Part shown: piece by piece, positions 9,127 through 17,749 of the stretch
How the letters are laid out: each line of letters begins with the position of its first letter
How positions within the stretch are numbered: position 1 is the stretch's first letter
Source of the DNA: a virus
DNA length: 20,928 nucleotides
UHGV virus genome: UHGV-0008299
Strand: one strand, 5' to 3'
Position numbers and translations under genes: made by a program
The notes under the pieces: generated by a model
The model's database searches: none
What the model was told of the DNA's origin: nothing
Seen by the model: the letters and a program-made list of their open reading frames with translations, nothing else

Positions 9127-9621
9127 ATGATTTCACATGAAGAGTTGAAGCGTCATTTATCATATGACCCAGAAACCGGGGTTTTTACCCGAAAAATATC
9201 AAATACAGCGAGCGTCACCGTTGGTGATGAAGCGGGAACCATGTGCACTGGTTATTTAAGGATAATGGTCTGTGGTAAGAGATACTTAGCGCATAGGCTT
9301 GCTTGGTTTTATATGACAGGAAAACCTGCAAATTGCTTAATAGATCATATTAACGGAGACAGAACGGATAACAGATTTTCAAATTTAAGATTGGCAAATA
9401 GATCCCAGAATGGGATGAACAGGAATATTCAAAGAAATAATAAGTCAGGATATCCGGGTGTCTGTTGGCACAAAAATCTCTGCAAGTGGACTGTTTCTTT
9501 CAAGAAAAATAAAAAACAGGTTCACGTTGGATGCTTCGATGACCTGGACGAAGCTATCTCAGCATCAATGATGGCAAGAGCAGAAAATTTTGGAGAGTTT
9601 GCAAGGCAGAGGATTGAGTAA
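9127..9621 (+). CDS. HNH homing endonuclease with AP2-like DNA-binding domain
   Basis: 164 aa. HNH motif [23 protein letters not shown], followed by a C-terminal AP2-like segment ([10 protein letters not shown]...WTVSF...[10 protein letters not shown]). Visibly more AT-rich than the flanking gp10 and gp26 genes. Confidence 0.8.
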   Translation: MISHEELKRHLSYDPETGVFTRKISNTASVTVGDEAGTMCTGYLRIMVCGKRYLAHRLAWFYMTGKPANCLIDHINGDRTDNRFSNLRLANRSQNGMNRNIQRNNKSGYPGVCWHKNLCKWTVSFKKNKKQVHVGCFDDLDEAISASMMARAENFGEFARQRIE

Positions 9622-10322
9622 TGGTTGATTCATCACTGAATGATCCTGTCGTGGTTCAGGCTACGCGCCTTGATGCTTCAATTTTGCCACGCAATATATT
9701 CAGCCAGTCTTACCTGCTGTATGTCATAAATCAGGGAGCTGATGTCGGCGCAATTGCCGGGAAGGCAAATCAGGCTGGTCAGGGCGCTTACGATGCTCAG
9801 GTAAAAAACGATGAACAGGACGTCGAACTGGCTGATCACGACGCAAGAATCACCGCAAACACAAAAGCGATAAATCTACTTGAGGTCAGGTTAACAACTG
9901 CCGAAGGGAAGATAGTCGTACTGCGTAGCGATGTTGATTACTTGCTGGATGAGGTTATCGATATTCAGGCGCATCTGGTCACTGTTGACCAAAGACTGGA
10001 TGACGTAGAAAACGATGTCTCTGGCATTAAGAGTGATTACGTATCGAAAACCGTAACAGAATCGCAGTCTCTTGCGTCACCGCTGGATGTAAAAACATCA
10101 TATTCAGTTGATGGAATTCAGGTAGTTGGAGCAAGACAGACTGGATGGACTGCAGCCACAGGTACGCCACTTCTTGGCTCATTCAACGCAAACCAGTCAT
10201 ACACTGTCGGCACTACGTACACGCAATCCGAAGTCGCAGCTCTCGCAACAGGTTTGCAGCAGGCGCGGCAGCGTATTCTGGCGCTTGAAACAGCACTTAG
10301 ATTACATGGGCTGATTGACTGA
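9621..10322 (+). CDS. Tail needle (P22 gp26-like)
   Basis: 233 aa, the same length as P22 gp26. N-terminus ...[21 protein letters not shown]... and a central heptad coiled-coil region. Confidence 0.85.
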   Translation: MVDSSLNDPVVVQATRLDASILPRNIFSQSYLLYVINQGADVGAIAGKANQAGQGAYDAQVKNDEQDVELADHDARITANTKAINLLEVRLTTAEGKIVVLRSDVDYLLDEVIDIQAHLVTVDQRLDDVENDVSGIKSDYVSKTVTESQSLASPLDVKTSYSVDGIQVVGARQTGWTAATGTPLLGSFNANQSYTVGTTYTQSEVAALATGLQQARQRILALETALRLHGLID

Positions 10323-10777
10323 TGATTACATTCAAACCAACGCGAAACATCGACCTGATAGAAGCAGTCGGAAATCACCCTGACATTATCGCCGGGAGCA
10401 ATAACGGTGATGGATACGACTACAAACCTGAATGCCGTTACTTTGAGGTGAACGTGCACGGGCAGTTCGGCGGCATTGTTTACTATCAGGAGATTCAGCC
10501 GCTGACATTCGATTGCCACGCCATGTACCTGCCCGAGATTCGCGGCTTCAGCAAGGAAATCGGGATGGCGTTCTGGCGGTACATTCTGACTAACACCACC
10601 GTTCAGTGCGTCACATCGTTCGCTGCACGCAAATTCCGCCACGGGCAGATGTACTGCGCAATGATTGGCCTTAAGCGTGTAGGAACCATCAAGAAATACT
10701 TCAAAGGCGTGGATGACGTGACGTTTTACAGCGCCACACGCGAAGAACTAATCGACTTCCTGAAGCACGGGAGATAG
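10322..10777 (+). CDS. gp14-like protein (head/ejection accessory)
   Basis: 151 aa in the position of P22 gene 14, between the tail needle and gp7. Start overlaps the upstream stop (TGATG). Confidence 0.55.
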   Translation: MITFKPTRNIDLIEAVGNHPDIIAGSNNGDGYDYKPECRYFEVNVHGQFGGIVYYQEIQPLTFDCHAMYLPEIRGFSKEIGMAFWRYILTNTTVQCVTSFAARKFRHGQMYCAMIGLKRVGTIKKYFKGVDDVTFYSATREELIDFLKHGR

Positions 10778-10779
10778 CC

Positions 10780-11472
10780 ATGTTATATGCATTTAAGCTG
10801 GGCAGAAAACTGCGCGGCGAGGAACCTTATTGTCCTGAAAAAGGCGGGAAAGGTGGCAGTTCTGATAAAAGCGCAAAGTATGCAGCAGAAGCTCAGAAGT
10901 ATGCAGCAGACCTGCAAAATCAGCAGTGGCAGACGATCATGAAAAACCTTGCTCCGTTCACGCCTCTTGCGGAACAGTATGTTAACCAGCTTCAGAACCT
11001 TTCCAGTTTAGAAGGTCAGGGGCAGGCACTTAATCAGTATTACAACTCTCAGCAGTATAAAGACCTTGCAGGTCAGGCTCGTTACCAGAGTCTTGCTGCT
11101 GCGGAGGCGACGGGTGGACTTGGTTCGACAGCCACAAGCAATCAACTGGCTACGATCGCGCCGACACTCGGTCAGTCTTGGTTATCAAATCAGATGAGCA
11201 ATTACAACAATCTGGCAAACGTTGGGCTTGGTGCGCTGCAAGGTCAGGCAAACGCCGGGCAAACATATGCCAACAACATGAGTCAGATTTCGCAGCAAAG
11301 TGCGGCTCTTGCAGCGGCAAATGCCAACAGACCATCAGCAATGCAATCTGCTATTGGCGGAGGTGCGTCTGGTGCTATTGCTGGGGCCGGACTTGCGAAA
11401 TTAATTGGTTCATCAACTCCGTGGGGGGCTGCGATCGGCGGCGGTCTTGGTCTGCTTGGCTCGTTGTTTTAA
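10780..11472 (+). CDS. Ejection (internal) protein, P22 gp7-like
   Basis: 230 aa (P22 gp7 is about 229 aa). Gln/Asn-rich low-complexity body and a Gly/Ala-rich hydrophobic C-terminus (GGGASGAIAGAGLAKLIGS...GGGLGLLGSLF). Confidence 0.7.
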   Translation: MLYAFKLGRKLRGEEPYCPEKGGKGGSSDKSAKYAAEAQKYAADLQNQQWQTIMKNLAPFTPLAEQYVNQLQNLSSLEGQGQALNQYYNSQQYKDLAGQARYQSLAAAEATGGLGSTATSNQLATIAPTLGQSWLSNQMSNYNNLANVGLGALQGQANAGQTYANNMSQISQQSAALAAANANRPSAMQSAIGGGASGAIAGAGLAKLIGSSTPWGAAIGGGLGLLGSLF

Positions 11473-11482
11473 GGGGTAATCA

Positions 11483-12898
11483 ATGGCTACGTGGCAACAG
11501 GGTATTAATTCTGGTGGTTTTCTGGCTGGCATCGGTACGCAAAATGAGAATGCGCCAAAGGCAAGCGACATTAACGCAACGCTTGGTCTGATCCGCGAAA
11601 ACAATGAACTGGCTCGCTCAGGTGCAAATAACGTTGGCCTGACCGCGTTACGTGGTCTGGCTGGAGTTGCTGATATTTACAATCAGGAACAGCAACAGAA
11701 AGCTATTAGTGCGTTCAATAAGGTTCACGCTGATGCATGGGCTTCTGGTGATCCATCGGGACTATTTAAGTTTGCCCAGGAAAATCCAGCGTTTGTTGCA
11801 CAGGCACAACAGGCGTTTTCCGGTCTTAATGATCAGCAACGCAACGATATGGGCGATTTAGCCATGAGGGCTAACGTCGCTCTTTCTCAGGGGCCGGAAG
11901 CCTACAGTAAATTCATTACTGACAACAAGGACAGGTTAAATCGCGTTGGTGCTAATGCTGACTGGATGATTCAGACAGGTATCCAGAATCCAGAGCAGCT
12001 ATCACACATGCTGACTACTATGTCTCTCGGTGCGCTTGGACCAGAAAAGGCGTTTGCTGTTCAGGATAAGATGGCTGGTCGTGAAATTGACCGAGGCAGG
12101 CTGGCAGAGACAATCCGCAGCAATCAGGCTGGTGAAGCACTTCAGGCGAGAGGGCAAAACCTTTCCTATCAGTCAGCAATGACTGGGCACAATATCGCAG
12201 CACAACGCTTGGCTCTGGATCAGCAAGAGTTCGGGTTTAAGATGCAGCAAGCGCAGGAAAAGGCTCAGCAGTTGATTAGCGAAGCACCTAAGCTGTCAGT
12301 AAACATGGAAAAAGGAATCGAGACGGCTGTAAACAATGCCACAGCATCATCAAACTCAGCCAATTCCATGAGTGCGCTTGCTCAACAGTTCAGAGCAGAA
12401 AAACCAACGACAGGTTTGTTCGGTAACGCACAGAACATGTTCGCAAAACTTACCGGAAGCGATACGACATTGCGTGATTTGCGCATTCGCCAAAATGCCC
12501 TTGTTAACAGTCAGGTTCTTAAATTCCTACCTCCCGGCCCAGCAACGGATAAAGACGTTGAGATCGTTAGACAGGGTGCGCCAACTGACATGGATAACCC
12601 TGAGACGGTCGCAAGATGGCTTGATGCAATGGCAAACCTTGAGCGACGAAACGCGCAGTTTAATGAGTTTAAAGCCGAGTGGATGAGCGCGAATGGCAAC
12701 CCTGGACAATCGCGTAATGGCGGTCAGATATTGGGGTTGGATGTTAAAAAAGGTGAATCATTGGGGAGTGCCGTTAAGCGGTATATGTCAATGAATACTG
12801 ACGCAGCGCCAGCACAAGATTCGACACCTTCAGGAGAACCACGGAGTCAGGTTGGATCATATACCTCAAAATCAGGCATTCAATTTACGGTGGAATGA
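11483..12898 (+). CDS. Ejection protein, P22 gp20-like
   Basis: 471 aa, the same size and position as P22 gp20. Confidence 0.7.
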   Translation: MATWQQGINSGGFLAGIGTQNENAPKASDINATLGLIRENNELARSGANNVGLTALRGLAGVADIYNQEQQQKAISAFNKVHADAWASGDPSGLFKFAQENPAFVAQAQQAFSGLNDQQRNDMGDLAMRANVALSQGPEAYSKFITDNKDRLNRVGANADWMIQTGIQNPEQLSHMLTTMSLGALGPEKAFAVQDKMAGREIDRGRLAETIRSNQAGEALQARGQNLSYQSAMTGHNIAAQRLALDQQEFGFKMQQAQEKAQQLISEAPKLSVNMEKGIETAVNNATASSNSANSMSALAQQFRAEKPTTGLFGNAQNMFAKLTGSDTTLRDLRIRQNALVNSQVLKFLPPGPATDKDVEIVRQGAPTDMDNPETVARWLDAMANLERRNAQFNEFKAEWMSANGNPGQSRNGGQILGLDVKKGESLGSAVKRYMSMNTDAAPAQDSTPSGEPRSQVGSYTSKSGIQFTVE

Positions 12899-14901
12899 TG
12901 AAAGTAACTGCAAACGGTAAGACATTTACCTTTCCTGATGGTACGAGCACCGAAGATATTGGCACCGCCATTGATGAGTATTTTGCTGGTCAGTCAGCAC
13001 CAACACAACAAGGTGTTCAGCAATCGCCAGCAGACAACTCACTTGCATCAGGATATGCACAGCTTGCCACTCAGCAGAAGGAAGGACTAGATCGCTCTGC
13101 TGAGCAAGGGGCTGTTTTAGGTGCTGCAATGCGCGATGCCGTTACCGGTGAAAGCCGAATGACACCAGAAATGGAGAGACTGCAAAATGTTGGGTCTGCT
13201 CCAGAGCTTAATAGCTTAAGCACTGATGCGCTGCGTGCTGGATTGGGGCAGCTATTTGGTTCCGACGCTTCACAGGAGAAAATACTGCAAAGTATTGGCG
13301 GGAAAATCCGGAAGGATGAGAAGGGAAATTCCATAGTCACCCTTCCTTCAGGGGAATATGCACTTAACAAGCCTGGTTTGTCACCGCAGGATATAACGTC
13401 ATTCTTGGCAAATGCTCTTGCATTCACTCCAGCAGGTAGAGCTGCGTCTGTTGTAGGTGCAACACTAAAATCAGGCGCTACTGATTTAGCTTTACAGGGT
13501 GCCACTAAGATCGCTGGCGGTGAGAATGTTAATCCAGTTCAAACTGCAATTTCTGCTGGTCTTGGTGGGGTACTAAAGGGTGTAGAAAACACCGCAAGCG
13601 CAGTGTCTCGTTCTGCTATGGGTAAGATTGCTCCTGAAAAACAAGCTCAGATTGACTTTGCCAAGCAGAACAACTTGCCACTGATGACAACAGATCTTGT
13701 GGAACCGGGAACAAATATTGGTAAGCAAGCACGAGCTATGGCTGAGCGAATCCCAATAGCCGGAACAGGTGGGATAAGAAATGCACAGCAAAAGGCCAGG
13801 GAAGATTTAGTTAGAACATTTAGCGATAATGTTGGTGGAATATCTGACGCACAACTTTACCAATCAGCTACTCGTGGTCAGCAGCAATTTATTCAGGCTG
13901 CTGGCAAGCGGTACGACAGGATCATCAGTTTGATGGGGGATACTCCTGTTGACATCACTGGAACAGTGAAAGCAATTGATGAGCAGATTTCCAAGTTAAC
14001 TCGCCCAGGAGTATCGCAAGACCGCTCAGCTGTTTCTGTCCTTCAACAGTTTAGAAATGACATCACCAGCGGTCCAAATAACCTGCAATTAGCTAGAGAA
14101 AACCGTACAAACTTACGTAAGCGCTTTATGGCAGCACCTGACGAGGTCGATAGAGATACGCTGGAGAAAGCTGCGCAGTCTGTTTATAACGCATACACAA
14201 CAGACATGAAAAAAGCGGTTGGCGCAAAACTAGGTGCGAAGGAAGCGCAAAACATGTCGCGTGTTGATCGTTCTTGGGCAAAGTTCAACGACATGATGAG
14301 CAATACACGTGTCCAAAAAGCTATTCAGAGTGGTAAAACAACGCCAGAAGATGTCACTAAACTAGTATTCAGCCAAAGCCCAGCGGAAAGGGCGCAACTT
14401 TATCGATTGCTTGATGATAGTGGGCGTCAAAATGCTAGAGCAGCACTTGTTCAGCGTGCAATGGATAAGGCGACAAGCGATTCAGGAAAGCTTAGCGTTG
14501 AGAAGTTTATTAATGAAATGAAAAGGAATCGGAAGCAGGCTGAGACGTTCTTCAGAGGAGAGCATGGGAAACAGCTTGATGGGATAATGAAATATCTTGA
14601 TTCCACTAGACAGGCAGCTACTGCTGCCGCAAGCCCACTAACAGGGCAAATGGTAGCTGGTCCAGCAGCGCTGATAACAGCTCTTGCGTCTGTTACAAAT
14701 CCAATGTTTGCAAAAGTTGCGGCAGTTGGAGCTGGTATCGGTATGGCTGGCAGGGGCTATGAGTCACGCGCGATGAGGAACGCATTACTAAAGTTAGCAA
14801 ACACGCCAAAAGGAAGTACTGCTTATGATAGAGCGATCAGACGGGTATCTGAAACTCTTACACCTCTAATTCAGGCTTCAAGTGAGCAAGCCCAGCAGTA
14901 A
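12895..14901 (+). CDS. Ejection protein, P22 gp16-like
   Basis: 668 aa. Last gene of the rightward structural operon before the immI region, in the position of P22 gp16. Start overlaps the upstream stop (ATGA). Confidence 0.7.
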   Translation: MMKVTANGKTFTFPDGTSTEDIGTAIDEYFAGQSAPTQQGVQQSPADNSLASGYAQLATQQKEGLDRSAEQGAVLGAAMRDAVTGESRMTPEMERLQNVGSAPELNSLSTDALRAGLGQLFGSDASQEKILQSIGGKIRKDEKGNSIVTLPSGEYALNKPGLSPQDITSFLANALAFTPAGRAASVVGATLKSGATDLALQGATKIAGGENVNPVQTAISAGLGGVLKGVENTASAVSRSAMGKIAPEKQAQIDFAKQNNLPLMTTDLVEPGTNIGKQARAMAERIPIAGTGGIRNAQQKAREDLVRTFSDNVGGISDAQLYQSATRGQQQFIQAAGKRYDRIISLMGDTPVDITGTVKAIDEQISKLTRPGVSQDRSAVSVLQQFRNDITSGPNNLQLARENRTNLRKRFMAAPDEVDRDTLEKAAQSVYNAYTTDMKKAVGAKLGAKEAQNMSRVDRSWAKFNDMMSNTRVQKAIQSGKTTPEDVTKLVFSQSPAERAQLYRLLDDSGRQNARAALVQRAMDKATSDSGKLSVEKFINEMKRNRKQAETFFRGEHGKQLDGIMKYLDSTRQAATAAASPLTGQMVAGPAALITALASVTNPMFAKVAAVGAGIGMAGRGYESRAMRNALLKLANTPKGSTAYDRAIRRVSETLTPLIQASSEQAQQ

Positions 14902-14909
14902 AAAGTTGG

Positions 14910-15230
14910 TTAGCGGTTGATGGTTGCTTTTTTCGGGTCATACCATCTCGGCCATTCTTTCAGGAATGGGAATGAGTCGGGAGCGTGGTTCTTTTTGTAC
15001 GATTTAAGCAGCCTTAACCGCTCAATCGCACACTCATAAACCTCTTGTTGCCCTGTAGTCATCTCGGTCCATGAAAGGTGATCCATTGATAAGACAACGT
15101 TTTCAGCTTCTTTTATGAGGGCGTTTTTATTTCTCACCGCAGCAGCATGGCTGACAGAGCAATCCTGCCATATTCTTAAAAGCCAAATAGCTAAGCAGAT
15201 GAAAAAAATGGTAGAGAGCGATATGTACAT
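14910..15230 (-). CDS. Hypothetical small membrane-anchored protein (immI cargo)
   Basis: 106 aa with ATG start. Strong Shine-Dalgarno (AAGGAG, reverse complement of 15238-15243) about 7 nt upstream. N-terminal hydrophobic helix ISLSTIFFICLAIWLLRIW. AT-rich. Confidence 0.5.
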   Translation of the reverse strand: MYISLSTIFFICLAIWLLRIWQDCSVSHAAAVRNKNALIKEAENVVLSMDHLSWTEMTTGQQEVYECAIERLRLLKSYKKNHAPDSFPFLKEWPRWYDPKKATINR

Positions 15231-15310
15231 GCCGATCTCCTTAGATTTATCAATGCTGCATGATTTTCAACAGACATCAATCATGCAGCTATAGGTAATA
15301 AATCAAGAAA

Positions 15311-15820
15311 CTATTGAGAACGTTTGTCTTTTTGAGACTCTAATATAGCCAATACCTTATAAAGAGATTGGTTTGTTGAGTCTAATTTTTGATCAGTGTT
15401 ATCAATCCTTGACTGTAATACTGATTGGTTGTTTTGGATAGTAGCCATTATCTCTGCCTTACTGGTTTGGATGTTTCCTGTTAGCTCTTGTCGTGATGAT
15501 TCAACTTTATCATCTATAGTGCCTCGAATCGTCCATGTGGCGGCAACGATAGAACCAATGATAGCAACTGCAACCCCGTATAGCTCTAAACGTTTCACGG
15601 TATCACGACCTTCTTCTTTGTGTTGCTCTTCTTGTAGGCTAAATATTTGTGGTTCCTTTGACGGATTTCTGTCAGTTGGTCTGTAATACTCTGAATATTT
15701 AGCGTTTTCTATTGAACTCCATAACGATTTGTCAAAGTCAAGGTTTTCATGTTGGCTTTGAGCATCTCCATAAATACTAGGTGATTTATTGTGAACATGT
15801 TGGTCAAACATTATCTCCAT
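15311..15820 (-). CDS. Hypothetical single-pass membrane protein with coiled-coil C-terminus (immI cargo)
   Basis: The track ORF starts at GTG 15823; the first ATG is at 15820. One central hydrophobic helix (LYGVAVAIIGSIVAATWTI) followed by a Gln/Ser/Asp-rich heptad-like region. Overlaps the upstream zinc-ribbon ORF by about 17-20 nt. AT-rich. Confidence 0.55.
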   Translation of the reverse strand: MEIMFDQHVHNKSPSIYGDAQSQHENLDFDKSLWSSIENAKYSEYYRPTDRNPSKEPQIFSLQEEQHKEEGRDTVKRLELYGVAVAIIGSIVAATWTIRGTIDDKVESSRQELTGNIQTSKAEIMATIQNNQSVLQSRIDNTDQKLDSTNQSLYKVLAILESQKDKRSQ

Positions 15821-16151
15821 CACCCTTTACGAATTTTCCAGAAGAGATATTTTCACTAACTTTGTTTAAACTAAAAAAGTGGAAGAAACCGCAAGTGGTG
15901 CATTGCATGGCTACCATGTTAAGACTATCGTTGCTATAAGTATCTTGATTAACAGGATTATTAGGCAAGCTTTTACCTGGTATGGATGGGCCTATAACTT
16001 CAACACCATCATCTTTTTTAAGATGCTCAGGTGCTAAAAGAGTCCAGTTTGTATTGCTGCATATTGGGCATACATAAGTTTTTTTGAATGAAGTCAAGTA
16101 ATTACTAAAAGACTCAAAAGTAACTTTTAAGTATTGCTCCTTACTGCTCAT
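15804..16151 (-). CDS. Hypothetical zinc-ribbon protein (two CxxC pairs), immI cargo
   Basis: 115 aa with CPIC and CTTC motifs about 55 residues apart. Its ATG overlaps the mnt stop (TAATG on the minus strand). gagg Shine-Dalgarno 6 nt upstream. AT-rich. Confidence 0.55.
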   Translation of the reverse strand: MSSKEQYLKVTFESFSNYLTSFKKTYVCPICSNTNWTLLAPEHLKKDDGVEVIGPSIPGKSLPNNPVNQDTYSNDSLNMVAMQCTTCGFFHFFSLNKVSENISSGKFVKGDGDNV

Positions 16152-16390
16152 TATTGGCCTCGAATCTTCTTAAGTACGCTAATTGCAATATCCATTGCTT
16201 CCTTCTCTGTTTTTGTGAGATCTTGAGATGTCGATGGTATGACCTTTTCTCTGTTAATCTTAATCCATAGCTGTATTGCAGCTATGATTTCAGCATTGAT
16301 AGAGCGCCTGTTTGTTGCCGCAATGTGAGTAAGCTGCTGCTTGATTTCACTTGGCATTCTTACGTTAAATTGTGGATCGTTTCTAGCCAC
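16151..16390 (-). CDS. mnt: Mnt repressor (ribbon-helix-helix)
   Basis: N-terminus MARNDPQFNVRMPSEIKQQLTHIAATNRRSINAEI parallels P22 Mnt (MARDDPHFNFRMP...NGRSMNSEL). GTG start with GGAGAG Shine-Dalgarno 4 nt upstream. Divergent from arc. Confidence 0.85.
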   Translation of the reverse strand: MARNDPQFNVRMPSEIKQQLTHIAATNRRSINAEIIAAIQLWIKINREKVIPSTSQDLTKTEKEAMDIAISVLKKIRGQ

Positions 16391-16483
16391 GTCGCTCTCC
16401 TGTTATTTGTTGACATGCTAGAACGGTAGTAGTACGCTTTCAATAGTAGTACGGTGCTATCATTTAATGGAATGGAGTGGAAT
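16391..16483. promoter_or_regulatory. Divergent mnt/arc control region (Pant and Pmnt candidates with repeated operator-like elements)
   Basis: Plus strand: -35 TTGACA at 16410-16415 and a weak -10 TACGCT at 16433-16438. Minus strand: -35 TTGAAA (reverse complement of 16438-16443) and -10 TAGCAT (reverse complement of 16415-16420), 17-bp spacer. Direct repeat TAGTAGTACG at 16427-16436 and 16444-16453. Confidence 0.5.
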
Positions 16484-16645
16484 ATGCAAGGCGCAAGAAA
16501 AATGCCGCAGTTCAATTTGCGGTGGCCTAAAGAAGTATTGGATTTGGTACGCAAGGTGGCGGAAGAGAATGGTCGGTCTGTTAACTCTGAGATTTATCAG
16601 AGAGTAATGGACAGCTTTAAGAAGGAAGGGCGCATTGGCGCGTAA
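16484..16645 (+). CDS. arc: Arc repressor (ribbon-helix-helix)
   Basis: [53 protein letters not shown] is near-identical to P22 Arc as I recall it. The track ORF starts further upstream at 16454, but ATG 16484 with ggagtgg upstream gives the canonical Arc length. Confidence 0.88.
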   Translation: MQGARKMPQFNLRWPKEVLDLVRKVAEENGRSVNSEIYQRVMDSFKKEGRIGA

Positions 16646-16725
16646 AGTTGAAGCCCCAACTACGGGAACAGTCAGGGCTTCGGTTGTCGGTAAATTCGTG
16701 GAGAAAAACCAACATGAATAGTATA
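16646..16725 (-). ncRNA. sar: sar-like antisense RNA candidate (promoter plus transcript)
   Basis: Minus-strand -10 TATACT (reverse complement of 16720-16725) just inside ant. Transcription from about 16712 would run about 68 nt through the ant ribosome-binding site to a hairpin (GAAGCCC/GGGCTTC, 16650-16681) followed by CUUUA. P22 has a 68-69 nt sar RNA at this position. Confidence 0.4.
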
Positions 16726-17649
16726 GCAATTTTAGAAGCAGTGAACACCTCTTACGTGCCTTTCAATGGTCAGCAGATTTTAACCGCTGTGGCTGCCGGA
16801 GTGACTTATGTAGCGATGCGTCAAATTGTGGAAAACATTGGTATCGACTGGACTGGTCAATCTGTTAAGTTGCGTAAAATGAAGGACAAATTCAACTGTA
16901 GAGATATCTCTATGGTTGCTGCTGATGGCAAGTTACGTAAGCTTTTATGCATCCCGCTGAAGAAGTTAAATGGATGGCTGTTCAGCATCAACCCTGAGAA
17001 AGTTCGTGCTGACATCCGTGATAAACTGATTCAGTACCAGGAAGAATGCTTTAGCGTGCTGCATGACTACTGGACTAAAGGTCATGTAGTTAACCCACGC
17101 AAAGCTAAAAAGGCGTTGCCGGGTAAAATCACCACTGAACAGCAGGAAGCCATTAAACAACTCGTCATGAGTCGCGGTCAGTCTCTGCCAAAAGAAAAAC
17201 AGGCTAAGGCGATGATCACCATGTGGTCGTCACTGAAATCCCATTTTGGATGTTCGTACAAAGAAATCAGTGAGGAGCAGTTTACCGAAGCACTATCACT
17301 TGCAGCTCGAGTTCCACTTGAAGGTGAGTTCATTGGCAAACAAGAGAAGAAAACCAACGAGCTTTCTGCAAAAGAAGCAAACAGCCTTGTATGGTTATGG
17401 GATTATGCTAACCGCTCACAGGCATTATTCCGCGAACTGTATCCGGCATTAAAACAAATTCAATCGAACTATTCCGGCAGATGCTACGACTACGGTCATG
17501 AATTCTCGTATGTTATCGGAATGGCGAGAGACGTTTTAATCAATCACACACGCGATGTTGATATCAATGAGCCAGACGGACCAACGAATCTTTCCGCATG
17601 GATGAGACTTAAGAATAAAGAATTACCTCCTTCAGTACATAACTACTGA
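16714..17649 (+). CDS. ant: Antirepressor Ant
   Basis: The track ORF starts at TTG 16648; the first ATG is at 16714 ([21 protein letters not shown]...), with ggag at 16700-16703. Position after arc, about 310 aa, as for P22 Ant. Confidence 0.8.
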   Translation: MNSIAILEAVNTSYVPFNGQQILTAVAAGVTYVAMRQIVENIGIDWTGQSVKLRKMKDKFNCRDISMVAADGKLRKLLCIPLKKLNGWLFSINPEKVRADIRDKLIQYQEECFSVLHDYWTKGHVVNPRKAKKALPGKITTEQQEAIKQLVMSRGQSLPKEKQAKAMITMWSSLKSHFGCSYKEISEEQFTEALSLAARVPLEGEFIGKQEKKTNELSAKEANSLVWLWDYANRSQALFRELYPALKQIQSNYSGRCYDYGHEFSYVIGMARDVLINHTRDVDINEPDGPTNLSAWMRLKNKELPPSVHNY

Positions 17650-17668
17650 CAGATAACCAACGCGACAA

Positions 17669-17691
17669 CCCAGCTTCGGCTGGGTTTTTTT
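17669..17691 (+). terminator. Rho-independent terminator after ant
   Basis: cccagc-ttcg-gctggg 6-bp stem with a 4-nt loop, followed by a 7-T run. Confidence 0.7.
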
Positions 17692-17749
17692 ATGCCCAAA
17701 ATTCACCGTAGCCATGCTGCGGCGATTCCTTGTATCTGGAGCAAATTAA

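Noticed and set aside
10118-10642. 174-aa minus-strand ORF overlapping the tail needle and gp14-like genes
   Set aside because: It lies antisense to two syntenic, well-supported structural genes and is Cys/Arg-rich with no motifs. Most likely a shadow ORF.
16648-16713. Upstream TTG start for ant (track ORF 16648..17649)
   Set aside because: It would begin 3 nt after the arc stop and translate through the intergenic hairpin. ATG 16714 with a ggag Shine-Dalgarno gives the N-terminus MNSIAIL... expected for Ant.
16360-16729. Minus-strand ORFs 16360..16554 and 16460..16729 spanning the mnt/arc/ant control region
   Set aside because: They overlap arc and the ant start on the opposite strand, and would run through the divergent promoter region. 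The minus-strand signal here is better explained by a sar-like antisense RNA.
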